This document shows, one piece after another, positions 28,495 through 40,963 of a DNA stretch of 64,000 bases; the stretch's first letter is position 1; each line of letters starts with the position of its first letter. Source of the DNA: Alphaproteobacteria bacterium (lineage in GTDB: Bacteria > Pseudomonadota > Alphaproteobacteria > CALKHQ01); assembly GCA_965227515.1 (NCBI GenBank), contig CBDDFZ010000001.1, positions 1,312,001-1,376,000 on the forward strand, read 5' to 3'. The translations under genes and the position numbers were made by a program. Under the pieces are notes generated by a model, which saw only the letters and a list, made by a program, of their open reading frames with translations, ran no database searches and was not told where the DNA came from.

Positions 28495-30036
28495 CTACGA
28501 ACCGTCGTCGCCCCAGTCCAGCCGCTTGCGGTAGATCGTCGACGCGCTGATGCCGAGCCGGGCGGCGGCGCGCGGGATGTTGCCGCCGCAGGCGTCGATG
28601 GCGGCCTCGATGAAGGCGCGTTCCACGTCCTTCAGCGGGCGGATGTCGTCCTCGGTGCGCGGCAGCCGGTTGATCGCCATCGGCGCCTGGCCGCCGTCGG
28701 CCTCAATCGTCGATGGCGCGGCGGGGCTGGCGGGCGCCATGTGGGCGGGCGCTGCTGCCTGCCCGGGCAGGCCGTGATGCTGCGATACGGCATGCTGGGT
28801 TTGGGCCATCATCGCCGGCAGCATGTCCAGCGTCACCGCATCGCCGTCATGCAGCACCACGATGTTGCGCACCACGTTCAGCAGCTCGCGGATATTGCCG
28901 GGCCAGGTGTGCGCCCTGAGTGCGGCGATCACCTCGGGCGAGAACGACTTGAAGGCCTTGCCCTCCTCGGCCGCGAAGCTCTCAAGCATCTGTTCGGCGA
29001 TCTCGATCACGTCGCCGTCGCGCTCGCGCAGCGGCGGCATGTGCACCGGCACCACGTGGAGGCGGTAGTAGAGGTCCTCGCGAAAGCGTCCCTCGGTCAC
29101 TTCCACCAGTGGGTGGCGGTTGGTGGCGCAAACGAAGCGCACGTCGACCGAGACTTCCTTGGTGCCGCCCACCGGGGTGAACCGGCCAGTCTGGATGAAC
29201 CGCAGCAGCTTCGACTGCAGGTTCAGGTCCATCTCGCAGATCTCGTCCAGGAACAGGGTGCCGCCATCGGCCTGGGCCGCCGCGCCCACCCGGTCGGAAA
29301 TGGCGCCGGTGAACGCCCCCTTGTGATGGCCGAAGATCTCGCTCTCGATCAGGTCGCGCGGGATGGCGGCGCAGTTCAGCGCCACCAGCTCCGCCTTGGC
29401 GCGCCCGCTGCAGGCGTGGATCGCCTCGGCGCACAGCTCCTTGCCGGTCCCGCTCTCGCCGGTGATGAACACGGTCGCCTTGCTCGGCGCCGCACTCTCG
29501 ATGGTGCGATAGACCGCCTGCATCTTTGGCGAGGCGCCGATGAATTTGTGGTAAGTGTTGCGCGGGCCGTCGTGGGGTTTGACGTCGGCCAGCCGCCGCA
29601 TCTGGGTGCGCTGGCGCACGTTGCCCAGCGCGGTCAGCAGGCGGTCGGCCTTGAACGGCTTGACCAGGAAGTCGGTGGCGCCGGCCTGCATCGCCTCCAC
29701 CGCCACGTTCACCGACCCGTGTGCGGTGATGACGATAACAGGCGGCGGGTCGTCGTCGACGATGACCTTCGACAACAGGTCGAGCCCGTACATATCGGGC
29801 AGCTTCAGGTCGAGCAGGATGGCGTCGGGCGCGGCCTTGGCCATCAGGTCCAGTGCCGCGCCGCCGGTGGCGGCCACGGTGCAGGCGTATCCGCCCTGCT
29901 CGAGGTAGCGCGCATAGACGCGCGACAACGAGGGCGAATCCTCGATCACCAGAATATTGGAGAAGCTCTTGTCCGCCGCGGTTCCGGCGGCTGCGCCGAA
30001 TTCAGAACGGTGCGACGCCGGTTCGGCCCGATCCAT
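28495..30036 (-). CDS. Sigma54-dependent response regulator (NtrC/LuxO-like REC-AAA+-HTH)
   Basis: LLDLKLPD receiver, GESGTGKE, GAFTGA, FREDLYYRL, WPGNIREL, Fis-type HTH. Confidence 0.95.
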   Translation of the reverse strand: MDRAEPASHRSEFGAAAGTAADKSFSNILVIEDSPSLSRVYARYLEQGGYACTVAATGGAALDLMAKAAPDAILLDLKLPDMYGLDLLSKVIVDDDPPPVIVITAHGSVNVAVEAMQAGATDFLVKPFKADRLLTALGNVRQRTQMRRLADVKPHDGPRNTYHKFIGASPKMQAVYRTIESAAPSKATVFITGESGTGKELCAEAIHACSGRAKAELVALNCAAIPRDLIESEIFGHHKGAFTGAISDRVGAAAQADGGTLFLDEICEMDLNLQSKLLRFIQTGRFTPVGGTKEVSVDVRFVCATNRHPLVEVTEGRFREDLYYRLHVVPVHMPPLRERDGDVIEIAEQMLESFAAEEGKAFKSFSPEVIAALRAHTWPGNIRELLNVVRNIVVLHDGDAVTLDMLPAMMAQTQHAVSQHHGLPGQAAAPAHMAPASPAAPSTIEADGGQAPMAINRLPRTEDDIRPLKDVERAFIEAAIDACGGNIPRAAARLGISASTIYRKRLDWGDDGS

Positions 30037-31036
30037 TGCCCATCATCTCTGTCGCCTGGGCGGGCAGCGGCCCCAGGCACACCTGGTTCCGCCCCGCGTC
30101 CTTGGCCAGGTAGAGCGCTTGATCGGCAGTATGAAGGATTGATTCAGGCGTGTCGATTGCCGGGTCGGCCTGGGCCACGCCGATGCTGACGGTGATCGAC
30201 AGCATGCCGCTGACGGTCGACAACGGCATCGCCGCGACCTCGGCCCTGATCCGCTCCGCCACGATGCGCGCCGCGGCGGCATCGGTTTCCGGCATCAGCA
30301 CCGCGAATTCCTCGCCGCCCAGGCGGCCGATCAGGTCGTTGCGCCGCATGCAGTCCATGACGCTGGTGGTCAGGCAGCGCAGCACCTCGTCGCCGGCCTG
30401 GTGGCCATGGCTGTCGTTGACCGCCTTGAAGTGGTCGACGTCGATCAGCGCCACCGACACCGGGCTGCCATATCGGCGCGCGCGCTCCAGTTCCTGGGTC
30501 AGGCGCTTCAGGTAGTAACGGCGGTTGGCGGCGCCGGTCAGGCCATCGGTATTGGCCAGCCGGGCCAGCTCGGCATTGGCGTGCTTCAGCTCCTGCTGGC
30601 GCGCCCGCAGCCGCAGCATGTTGCGGGTGCGTGCGGTCAGCTCGATCGGATCGACCGGCTTCTTCAGGAAATCGTTGGCGCCGATGTGAAGCGCTTCGTA
30701 GAGCGCTTGCGGGCTTTCCTCGGCGGTGATGATGACGACCGGCACGTCCATCAGATGGGCCCGTTGGCGGAACTGGCGCAGGAACGTCAGGCCGTCCATC
30801 TTCGGCATCACATAGTCCAGCAACAGCACGTCGGGCGCATGGGACTCGCACCACGCGATGCCTTCGATCGGATCGACGAAGGTTCGGGTCGTGACGTCCT
30901 CGATCGACTGGACCAGCTTTTCCAGCAGCATCGCATTGGCGAGGATATCGTCGATGATGACGATCTCCATCGGCGCCGGCGCCTTGTCGTCTTCCTTGGG
31001 AGGAATGTCGGTGTGTTGGGCGGCTTCAATCAGCAT
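30002..31036 (-). CDS. Response-regulator diguanylate cyclase (REC-GGDEF); start uncertain (31036 or 30970)
   Basis: IIDD...LLDYVMP..DG receiver, TDGLTG..NRR, DVDHFK.VND..GH..GD, RRND I-site + GGEEF. Confidence 0.93.
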   Translation of the reverse strand: MLIEAAQHTDIPPKEDDKAPAPMEIVIIDDILANAMLLEKLVQSIEDVTTRTFVDPIEGIAWCESHAPDVLLLDYVMPKMDGLTFLRQFRQRAHLMDVPVVIITAEESPQALYEALHIGANDFLKKPVDPIELTARTRNMLRLRARQQELKHANAELARLANTDGLTGAANRRYYLKRLTQELERARRYGSPVSVALIDVDHFKAVNDSHGHQAGDEVLRCLTTSVMDCMRRNDLIGRLGGEEFAVLMPETDAAAARIVAERIRAEVAAMPLSTVSGMLSITVSIGVAQADPAIDTPESILHTADQALYLAKDAGRNQVCLGPLPAQATEMMGNGSGRTGVAPF

Positions 31037-31359
31037 GCGGGCGATGGAGCTTCTTCTGCGCGTTGTGCACGATCGGCCCAACATTCCGCCGCCGGTCGCG
31101 ACGTCGGCGGCATACGCGTTGGGGAGTCTATGCGGTCGGTGCGCGGGCGCGAGGTTGGTTCCAGGCGCGGCCTGCTCACTGACCTGCATCAATCCATACG
31201 TATCAAAGCTGAGCGTACCCTTAACGGCCCGGCGTCCGGTCGGGCCTCATGGGCGCGGGAATCGGGGCGATAGGCCGTTGCGAACGCGGGACAATCGTGC
31301 TGCGGGCCATCTAAAGCCGCCGAACGGGCGCCCGGCATGGACAGGACGGGTCGGACAAA

Positions 31360-32655
31360 TGAGCGGTCGGAGAGATAGGTGACGGATCGTACCGGAGACA
31401 TGGGTAACACTTTTGGCCTTTTGGCCGGGGGTGTTGATGCCGTGGAGACGGAGTACGGTTATGGAGGAACGCCTGCGGTTTGTGGCCCGTTTGCTGGAAG
31501 GCGAGAGCATGAGCGCGGTTTGTCGGTCTTTCGGGATATCCCGGAAGACCGGCTACAAGATTTTCAAGCGGTATCAGGCGGAGGGTGTGCATGCGCTGAG
31601 CGACCGGTCTCGCCGCCCGGTGCGCTACGCCAACCAGCTGCCGGCCGCGGTCGAGCGGCTGATCGTCGCGACGAAGAAAGAGAAGCCGCACTGGGGCGCA
31701 CGCAAGATCCGGGAGGTGTTGGTGCGCCGTCTTGCCGGCGACGTGCGCATTCCCGCCAGGAGCACGGTGCATGCGGTGCTCGACCGCCACGGCCTGGTCC
31801 AGCGCGCCCGGCGCCGGCGCCACAAGGCGGCGGGCACGCCGCTGTCGACGGCCCATGTCCCCAATGCGCTGTGGTGCACCGACTTCAAGGGCGAGTTCAA
31901 GCTCGGCACCGGCCGCTATTGTTACCCCCTGACGGTGACCGACCAGGCCTCGCGCTTCATCCTGGGCTGCGAAGCCCTTGAGACGACCAAGGAGGCGCAT
32001 GCCTTCCCGGTCTTCGAGCGCCTGTTCCAGGAGTTCGGCCTGCCCGATGCGATGCGCTCCGACAACGGCCTGCCATTCGCCAGTCCGAACGGGCTCTACA
32101 ACCTCTCCAGGCTCGCGGTCTGGTGGCTGAGGCTGGGGATCGCGATCGAGCGCATCAAACCCGGCCATCCGCAGCAGAACGGCCGCCATGAACGCATGCA
32201 CCTGACCCTGAAGAAGGAGACCACCAAGCCGGCCGGCGCCAACATCCTACAGCAGCAGGCCCGCTTCGACGCCTTCGTCGCCGAGTTCAATACCGAGCGC
32301 CCGCATGAGGCGCTCGCCATGAAGTGCCCGGCAGAGGTCTACACCCCCTCAGCCAAGCCCTATCGCGGCTTGACCGAGCTCGACTATCCGTTCCACGACC
32401 GGGATGTCGTCGTCACCTCATGCGGGCGGCTGTGCCTGCACCGAAAGAAGATCAACATCTCAACCGTCATGGCCGGACAGCGCCTGGGAATCAAAGAGGT
32501 CGACGAGGGCATATGGCTCGTCAGCTTCATGCACTACGATCTCGGATACATCGACCTGGAGCAGAAAACACTGCAGACACTCGACAGCCCGTTCGGCACG
32601 AGGTTGTCACCCATGTCTTAGGTACAAACTGTTACCTATGTCTCCGGGTCGGACA
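31360..32655 (+). mobile_element. IS481-family insertion sequence, copy 1 (1,296 bp)
   Basis: Left end TGAGCGGTCGGAGAGATAGGTGAC, right end GTTACCTATGTCTCCGGGTCGGACA; two internal GAGAC/GAT.GGT.AC repeats per end; flanked by AAA/AAA; boundaries defined by comparison with copy 2. Confidence 0.93.
31437..32621 (+). CDS. IS481-family DDE transposase
   Basis: MPW...VMEERLRFV, HTH (FGISRKTGYK), WCTDFKG, RSDNG.PF, PQQNGRHERMH, FN.ERPHEAL. Confidence 0.95.
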   Translation: MPWRRSTVMEERLRFVARLLEGESMSAVCRSFGISRKTGYKIFKRYQAEGVHALSDRSRRPVRYANQLPAAVERLIVATKKEKPHWGARKIREVLVRRLAGDVRIPARSTVHAVLDRHGLVQRARRRRHKAAGTPLSTAHVPNALWCTDFKGEFKLGTGRYCYPLTVTDQASRFILGCEALETTKEAHAFPVFERLFQEFGLPDAMRSDNGLPFASPNGLYNLSRLAVWWLRLGIAIERIKPGHPQQNGRHERMHLTLKKETTKPAGANILQQQARFDAFVAEFNTERPHEALAMKCPAEVYTPSAKPYRGLTELDYPFHDRDVVVTSCGRLCLHRKKINISTVMAGQRLGIKEVDEGIWLVSFMHYDLGYIDLEQKTLQTLDSPFGTRLSPMS

Positions 32656-32665
32656 AAAGGCGAGT

Positions 32666-32739
32666 TGGAGCGGGTGAGGGGAATCGAACCCCCGTCTTAA
32701 GCTTGGGAAGCTCCTGCTCTACCATTGAGCTACACCCGC
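32666..32739 (-). tRNA. tRNA-Gly(CCC)
   Basis: Reverse complement GCGGGTGTAGCTCAATGGTAGAGCAGGAGCTTCCCAAGCTTAAGACGGGGGTTCGATTCCCCTCACCCGCTCCA; 74 nt, CCA encoded. Confidence 0.97.
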
Positions 32740-33393
32740 GTCGCACCGGTCGGTCCGCGTCGCCCGAGGGCCGCCACCGGTCCGCCGATCGGGATTGATA
32801 CCGACGTTGGTCCGGGCGCGGCCAAAGCGCGCTTTGCGTTTGCCGCCCGTGCGATGCGATAATGAGTTATGTCGCGCCTGTATTCAATCGTCGGGTCGGC
32901 TGGCAGCGCATCCGCTTTGGGAATCGTATGCCGGTGTGGCGAACTACTTGCCACCCCTGTGAGTCGGCAGGCTGCGCAAAAGCAAAAACGGGCGCGCGAG
33001 GGCTCTGTGATCAAATTGCCGCACGGTGTTGCAAATTCATCGCAGTGGTTCGCGCAGGCCAATAACGCCATGGAAACAAAAGAGTTTTTGACAACGCACC
33101 GGCCTGTGGTGCATAGTCTGGGGGTGTTCGATTGCTTCTGGGCGGCCATTCGGCAGTCCGTCTGCTCAGGCGTTCGCTTGCAACCCGCAGCGATTTAGGT
33201 ACAAATTGCAGTCGCAAAGACCAGCGGTCGGCGTTTGAGCTGGCGTGTCGGTAACTGCCTGAATGGAGGCACGAAGTTAGTTTCGAGCGTTCGCATCATC
33301 AGGTTCGCGCCAGATGCCGGAGCTCGTGAAAATGACGAGGGTTGAAATCCTCACGATGAAGGAGGCGTTAGTTTCATGAGGAGTGTGACGGAA

Positions 33394-34215
33394 ATGACAC
33401 GAGGCGTTAAGGCTTGCGTCGCCGTTGGTGCCTTGGCGCTCGTTTCGGGTTGCGCCACGGGTTGGAACCTCGATGCATTGCAGTCGGCGGAGCGCGTTGG
33501 CGACCCGTTCACTGTGGCGCTGGCGAACGAATACCAGGCCCTGGCGGAATACGAAGCCAACACCATGCTCGACTGGACCGATGCGGATTACTTCGCAATC
33601 AAGGGTCTGGCCGCAGCGGGTGGCGAAGTGGTGCTGCCGGAAGACACGGCCAACTGGTACGTGCCGGAAGCTCACCTTGCCGAGCTGACCGATGCCCGCG
33701 CCCAGTTGCTGGCCGCGCTGGACAGTGGCGCTCGCGCCAACCAGCCGGAAGTGGCCGCGCGCTGTCAGGTTCTCTATGACTGCTGGATCGAGCAGGCTGA
33801 AGAGAACCATCAGCCGACCCACATCAGCGCTTGCCGCGACAACTTCTACGATTGCTTGGCCTCGCTTGGTCAGGTTGTCGTCGTTGCCGATAACTTCGTC
33901 ATCCTGTTCGACTTCGACAGCTCCGCGCTGACGGCAGCCGGCCAGGTGGTCGTGAACGAGGTTATCGCCGCGGCGTCCGCCGATCCGAGCCTGCCGGTGC
34001 AGTTGGTTGGTCACACCGACACCGTCGGTTCCCCGGCCTACAACCTGCGCCTGTCGCTGGCCCGTGCCGAGACCGTGCGTAATGCGCTGGTCACCGGTGG
34101 CGTGCAGCCGAACCGGATTTCCATCGAAGGTCGTGGTGAGACCGATCTCGCCGTTCCGACTGGCGATGGCGTCCGTAACCAGGCCAACCGTCGTGTGGTC
34201 GTGACCCTGTTCTAA
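33394..34215 (+). CDS. OmpA-family lipoprotein (start could be 33376)
   Basis: Lipobox VSGC, YDCWIEQ..EN.Q..HI.ACR, FDFDSS.L, GHTDTVG...YN..LS..RA, NRRV. Confidence 0.92.
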   Translation: MTRGVKACVAVGALALVSGCATGWNLDALQSAERVGDPFTVALANEYQALAEYEANTMLDWTDADYFAIKGLAAAGGEVVLPEDTANWYVPEAHLAELTDARAQLLAALDSGARANQPEVAARCQVLYDCWIEQAEENHQPTHISACRDNFYDCLASLGQVVVVADNFVILFDFDSSALTAAGQVVVNEVIAAASADPSLPVQLVGHTDTVGSPAYNLRLSLARAETVRNALVTGGVQPNRISIEGRGETDLAVPTGDGVRNQANRRVVVTLF

Positions 34216-34238
34216 TCGACCTGACGGATCGTTACAGA

Positions 34239-34272
34239 GAGCGGCGCTGCTTCGGCAGCGCCGTTTTCTTTT
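34239..34272 (+). terminator. Rho-independent terminator
   Basis: GCGGCGCTGC-TTCG-GCAGCGCCGT followed by TTTCTTTT. Confidence 0.88.
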
Positions 34273-34544
34273 GGGGCATTGGCCAGCGGGCCGACGGAGC
34301 GCGGGGCCGTGCCCGGCACCCCTGATGGCGGCTACCGGAGTCGTCGGAACATCCGCCTTGCCCAATGGGCCCGCCACCTGCCACAACCGGAAAGCCGGCA
34401 CGTCACGCGCGGCCCGGGCGGTGACCGGCCATAAGGCCCATTGGACGTGACCGCTGCCAACCTCGCTCGGCCCCAACCAGGATTGCCTGACGTGCCGCGC
34501 GCGACCGTGCCGAACCAAGAACCGCCGCCAGGAAACGCCAGCCG

Positions 34545-35558
34545 ATGAAGCGCATTATCATTCCCGATCACCAGCCCGCCGAGGAGGATGTCGAGCGCGC
34601 CGCCGCCGGCGCCGACATCGCGCTCGATATCTATCGGGTCCAGCAAGGCGAGAAGATCGATGAAGACGTCTGGCGGCGCTGCGACGGGATCGTCGCCTGG
34701 CACGAGGCGCATATCGACCGGGATCGAATCGCCACCTTGGACTCGTGCCGCATCATCGTGCGCGGCGGTGTCGGTTACGACAATATCGCGCTGGAAGAGG
34801 CGGGCGCGCGGGGCATCGCGGTCTGCAACGTCCCCGACTATGGCACCACGGAGGTTGCCGACCATGCCATCGGCCTGATGCTGGCGCTGACCCGCAACCT
34901 GATCGGCTATTGGGACGATCTGCGCGCCGAGCCGGAGGCGCATTGGGCCTGGCACCGCGGACGGACGGTGCGGCGGCTACGCGATCTGGTGTTCGGTGTG
35001 GTCGGCCTGGGCCGCATCGGCACCGCGGCCGCCCGGCGGGCTGCCGCGTTCGACATGGATGTGGTGTTCTACGACCCTTACCTGCCGGACGGGCACGAGC
35101 TCGCGGTCGGTTATCGCCGCGCGCTCAGCCTGTCGCAATTGCTGACCGAGGCCGATGTTCTCAGCGTCCACACCCCGCTGACCGAGGAGACCCACAATCT
35201 CATCGACGCCGATGCGCTGCACGCCATGAAGCCCGATGCCGTGCTGATCAACACCGCGCGCGGCGGGGTGGTTGATCCGCAGGCGGTGCTGGAGGCACTG
35301 CTGGATGGCCGCCTTGGCGGTGCCGGGCTCGATGTGTTGCCGCAAGAGCCGCTGCCGTCGGCACACCCGCTGACCAAGGCCTGGATCGAGGATCATCCCG
35401 CCCTCAAGGGGCGCCTGATCGTCACGCCGCACGCGGCGTTCTACAGCCCGCAAGGGCTGCGCTTCCTGCGCCACAAGGCAGTGGCGACGGCAGCCGAGTT
35501 CCTGCGTACCGGCGTGCTGCGCAACTGCGTCAACCGGCAGTACCTGAAGCAGACCTAG
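34545..35558 (+). CDS. D-2-hydroxyacid dehydrogenase, CtBP-like
   Basis: RGGVGYDN, NVPDYGTTEVADH, GLGRIG, INTARG, LDV..QEP, TPH.AFYS. Confidence 0.92.
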   Translation: MKRIIIPDHQPAEEDVERAAAGADIALDIYRVQQGEKIDEDVWRRCDGIVAWHEAHIDRDRIATLDSCRIIVRGGVGYDNIALEEAGARGIAVCNVPDYGTTEVADHAIGLMLALTRNLIGYWDDLRAEPEAHWAWHRGRTVRRLRDLVFGVVGLGRIGTAAARRAAAFDMDVVFYDPYLPDGHELAVGYRRALSLSQLLTEADVLSVHTPLTEETHNLIDADALHAMKPDAVLINTARGGVVDPQAVLEALLDGRLGGAGLDVLPQEPLPSAHPLTKAWIEDHPALKGRLIVTPHAAFYSPQGLRFLRHKAVATAAEFLRTGVLRNCVNRQYLKQT

Positions 35559-35575
35559 CTGGCCGGCCCGCCCAG

Positions 35576-36205
35576 ATGTACACGCCGAAGCTGTTCGCGC
35601 TGGACGACCGGGATGCCGCGCACGACATCATCCGCCGGCACGACTTCGCGCTTCTGGTCACCAGCCTGGACGGTGCCCCGGTCGCCACGCACCTGCCCTT
35701 CCTGTTGGACCCGGCGCGCGGGGAGCACGGCACGCTGATGGCCCACATGGCGCGGGCCAACCCGCAGTGGCGCGATTTCGAGGCGTTGCGCGGGCGCGGC
35801 GTCGACGTGCTGGTCGCCTTCACGGGACCGCATGCCTATGTGTCGCCGCGCTGGTACGGGCCCGGCGACGCCGTGCCGACATGGAACTACCTCGCGGTCC
35901 ATGCCTATGGACCGGCGCACGAATTGGACGATCCCGCTGCGGTTCGTGGCTACCTGGAGCGCCTGGTGGCGACTGCGGAAGCGGGCGCACCAACGCCCTG
36001 GTCCCTGGACGGCCAGTCCGAGCGATACATCGACGGGATGATGCGCGGCATCGTGGCGTTCGAGGTGCCGATCCGGCGCCTGGAAGCCAAGGCCAAGCTC
36101 AGCCAGAACAAGGATGAGGCCACCCGGGCCGCCGTTCGCGAGGAACTGGCCGCCTCTGAGGATCCGGCGGCCAGGTCCGTCGCTGAACGGATGCGCTCTA
36201 TCTGA
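35576..36205 (+). CDS. PaiB-like FMN-binding protein
   Basis: MYTP..F, ATHLP, HMARANPQW, GPHAYVSP.WY, VPTWNY.AVH, K.KLSQN. Confidence 0.92.
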   Translation: MYTPKLFALDDRDAAHDIIRRHDFALLVTSLDGAPVATHLPFLLDPARGEHGTLMAHMARANPQWRDFEALRGRGVDVLVAFTGPHAYVSPRWYGPGDAVPTWNYLAVHAYGPAHELDDPAAVRGYLERLVATAEAGAPTPWSLDGQSERYIDGMMRGIVAFEVPIRRLEAKAKLSQNKDEATRAAVREELAASEDPAARSVAERMRSI

Positions 36206-36628
36206 CTATCTGACGATTTCCATCAGCGCATCGGCGCGGTCACGCGCCAACTCGACACGACAGCCGTGACTGGCGATTCCGGTGCCGCTGCCGCCGCCAA
36301 ATGTGGTGCCGACGAACGCGCACTGCTGGTCGCGGTAGGCGATCCAGGCCGTCTGTGACGCTTCCAGGGCCGGCACCGCCATGCTGCGCCCGGTTGCGTC
36401 GTCGATCTCCGCGGCTGCATTCATCGCGAAGCCAAGCGCAAGCTCCATGGCCGCGTCCGCCGCGTCTTCGGCGGCGCCGACGCAATTGCCGATCTCGATC
36501 TGGCTGTTGAACTGGACGCTGCACTCCTCCACTGGGCCAGCTGTCGCGGGCAAGGCGGCGGCGAGGGTCGTGGCAACGGCGATGGCCGGCGCGCCGAGAG
36601 TGGCCATGAGATGGGTCATCGATATCAT
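36206..36628 (-). CDS. LprI/DUF1311-family secreted protein
   Basis: Signal peptide, L..SQ.AW.AYRD.QC.F...GGSG......C...L...R; AGGAG RBS. Confidence 0.82.
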   Translation of the reverse strand: MISMTHLMATLGAPAIAVATTLAAALPATAGPVEECSVQFNSQIEIGNCVGAAEDAADAAMELALGFAMNAAAEIDDATGRSMAVPALEASQTAWIAYRDQQCAFVGTTFGGGSGTGIASHGCRVELARDRADALMEIVR

Positions 36629-36929
36629 CGAGAGACTCCTTGTCTGCAAGATTGGATAGCTATGGATGCGTATTTGGGCAGGGACTTTGGGGGACACTGC
36701 CCATGTGTGTCGATACATCGCCGCGATGCTGCCTTGCAGCCTCAACCGCACGGATACTGCGCCTTCGCGCGACGCGTTTGCTTGCTCCGGCCCCAAGCAG
36801 TGTGTAGGCTGCCTTCACAAACCGGCCGGACAGGCCCGCGCTGCGCCACTCAGGGCGTCTGCTATGACTCAGCGGTGCGGGACTGAACCGGACGATGGAT
36901 AATCCTGGTCTGGCGACTTGGGGGAGGCG

Positions 36930-39388
<2,459 letters not shown>

Positions 39389-39508
39389 CACCAAACACGG
39401 AAGATCCTCGGCACCTCGCCCCGCTCCGGGGCTCGGGCCAAGGATGACAAAAGAGATGTGGGCGTCTGTCATCGTCGCCCCGTTATTGCAGCGAGCGCCG
39501 GCCCTAGT

Positions 39509-40963
39509 TCAGTACCGCAGCGCCCAGGCGGCGATGATGCTGCGCTCCAGCTCGCGGGCGCGGTTCAGCCAGGCCCGCGCCTCCGGCGGGATCGACGAAT
39601 CGCGCATGTTGAGCGAGGCGTCCATGGCCTGCCGCTTGGCGATGTCGGACACGAAGATCGCGAAGCCCAATGTGCGGCCGGACGCGGTGTCCAGGAAGCC
39701 CGCGAGGCCGACGGCATAGGCCATGGTGCCGGTCTTGGCCCGCACCGCGATGGTGGCCGCGCCGGGGTCCGCGTCCTGGTTCAGCCAGCTCCCCCACTGG
39801 ATCGACGGCAACAGGCCGTTCAGGTCGGGCGTATCCGGCCGGTTGGCATAGTTCAGGATTGCCGCCATCTGCGCCGGCGACACCCGTGTTTCGGAACTGA
39901 GGCCGGAGTGGTTGATCATGTCGTAGCCGGCCCAATTGACGTCCGTAATGCGGGTCTGCAGCCAGGCCGTGTTCAGCCGGGCGGCATGCTCCAGGCTGGC
40001 GACCGCGGAGCCGCTGTTGGTGCGCGCGGCGATCAGGCCGGTCAGTTCGGCGGCCAGATTGTTGCTGTGCTCGAGCACCCCGGCACAGATGGTCGCGAGC
40101 GGCTCGCCGGCATGGCTGACCAGCGTGCGCGCCGTTGCCGGGGTGATCCGCTGCACCGGGCGCGCGAGCTGGACGCCCTGGTCGGCCGCGACCGCGCGAA
40201 AGGCCATCGCGGCGTGGAAGGCGGCATTGCGCACCGGCAGCCAGACCCGGCCCTCGCCCTCCAGATTGCCGGTGTAGAGCCAGTGGTCGCCACCGTCGCC
40301 GCGCTCCTGGTAGTCCAGCACTGCGCCCAGCGCGCCGCCATTGGCGTAGCTGATCCAGTCCACCGGCACCACCGAGCGGTCGGCATAGGCCGCCAGGTCG
40401 AATTCCAGCCCGCCACCGCCCGGCTGCCAGCCCAGCGAGACCCGGTTGAAGTTGATCGACAGCGCGCTGACGCCGGGATTGTAGGACGCTACCTCCGGCT
40501 GCTGCGCGGTGATCTGGCGCACGTTCGGCAGCCAGGAAACGTCATAGTAGAAGGCGCCGGCCACCCGATCGACACCGGCCGCCTTCACCTGCTGGGCGAT
40601 GGCGATCAGCGAGTCGGTGTCCAGGAACGGGTCGCCATAACCGCGCAGGTAGAGGTCGCCCACCAGCACGCCGCCGGAGATCTCGCCATCGATCCAGACG
40701 TCGGTGCGCGGCTGGTAACCGGGCCCCAGGATGCCGAGGGCGGCAACCATGGTCGGCACCTTGGCGACCGATGCTGGGATGAAGCCCTGATCCGGGCGGC
40801 CGGCGGCCAGTCTCTCGCCGGTGGCCGGGTCGAACAGCACGTAGCCCACCTGCTCCAGCGGGAAGTTGCGGGCGCGGACCAGGCCGTCCTCGTCCACCTG
40901 CGCCCAGGCTGCCGGTGCCACAAGAACCCATGCCAGCGCGAATGCCAACAGCCGCCAATGCAT
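39509..40963 (-). CDS. dacB: D-alanyl-D-alanine carboxypeptidase/endopeptidase PBP4 (peptidase S13)
   Basis: PASVAK (SxxK), G.GDP, HSNN, SGLS, AKTGT; signal peptide. Confidence 0.93.
   Translation of the reverse strand: MHWRLLAFALAWVLVAPAAWAQVDEDGLVRARNFPLEQVGYVLFDPATGERLAAGRPDQGFIPASVAKVPTMVAALGILGPGYQPRTDVWIDGEISGGVLVGDLYLRGYGDPFLDTDSLIAIAQQVKAAGVDRVAGAFYYDVSWLPNVRQITAQQPEVASYNPGVSALSINFNRVSLGWQPGGGGLEFDLAAYADRSVVPVDWISYANGGALGAVLDYQERGDGGDHWLYTGNLEGEGRVWLPVRNAAFHAAMAFRAVAADQGVQLARPVQRITPATARTLVSHAGEPLATICAGVLEHSNNLAAELTGLIAARTNSGSAVASLEHAARLNTAWLQTRITDVNWAGYDMINHSGLSSETRVSPAQMAAILNYANRPDTPDLNGLLPSIQWGSWLNQDADPGAATIAVRAKTGTMAYAVGLAGFLDTASGRTLGFAIFVSDIAKRQAMDASLNMRDSSIPPEARAWLNRARELERSIIAAWALRY

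Noticed and set aside
25835-32739. Integrase-type genomic island or prophage at tRNA-Gly or tRNA-Thr
   Set aside because: No tyrosine/serine integrase, phage genes or duplicated tRNA 3' fragment were seen.
32740-33393. Riboswitch or ncRNA in the long gap between tRNA-Gly and the OmpA-family gene
   Set aside because: Only weak pairing and no recognisable aptamer; divergent promoters plus a long leader are enough to explain it. An Rfam search would be needed to settle it.
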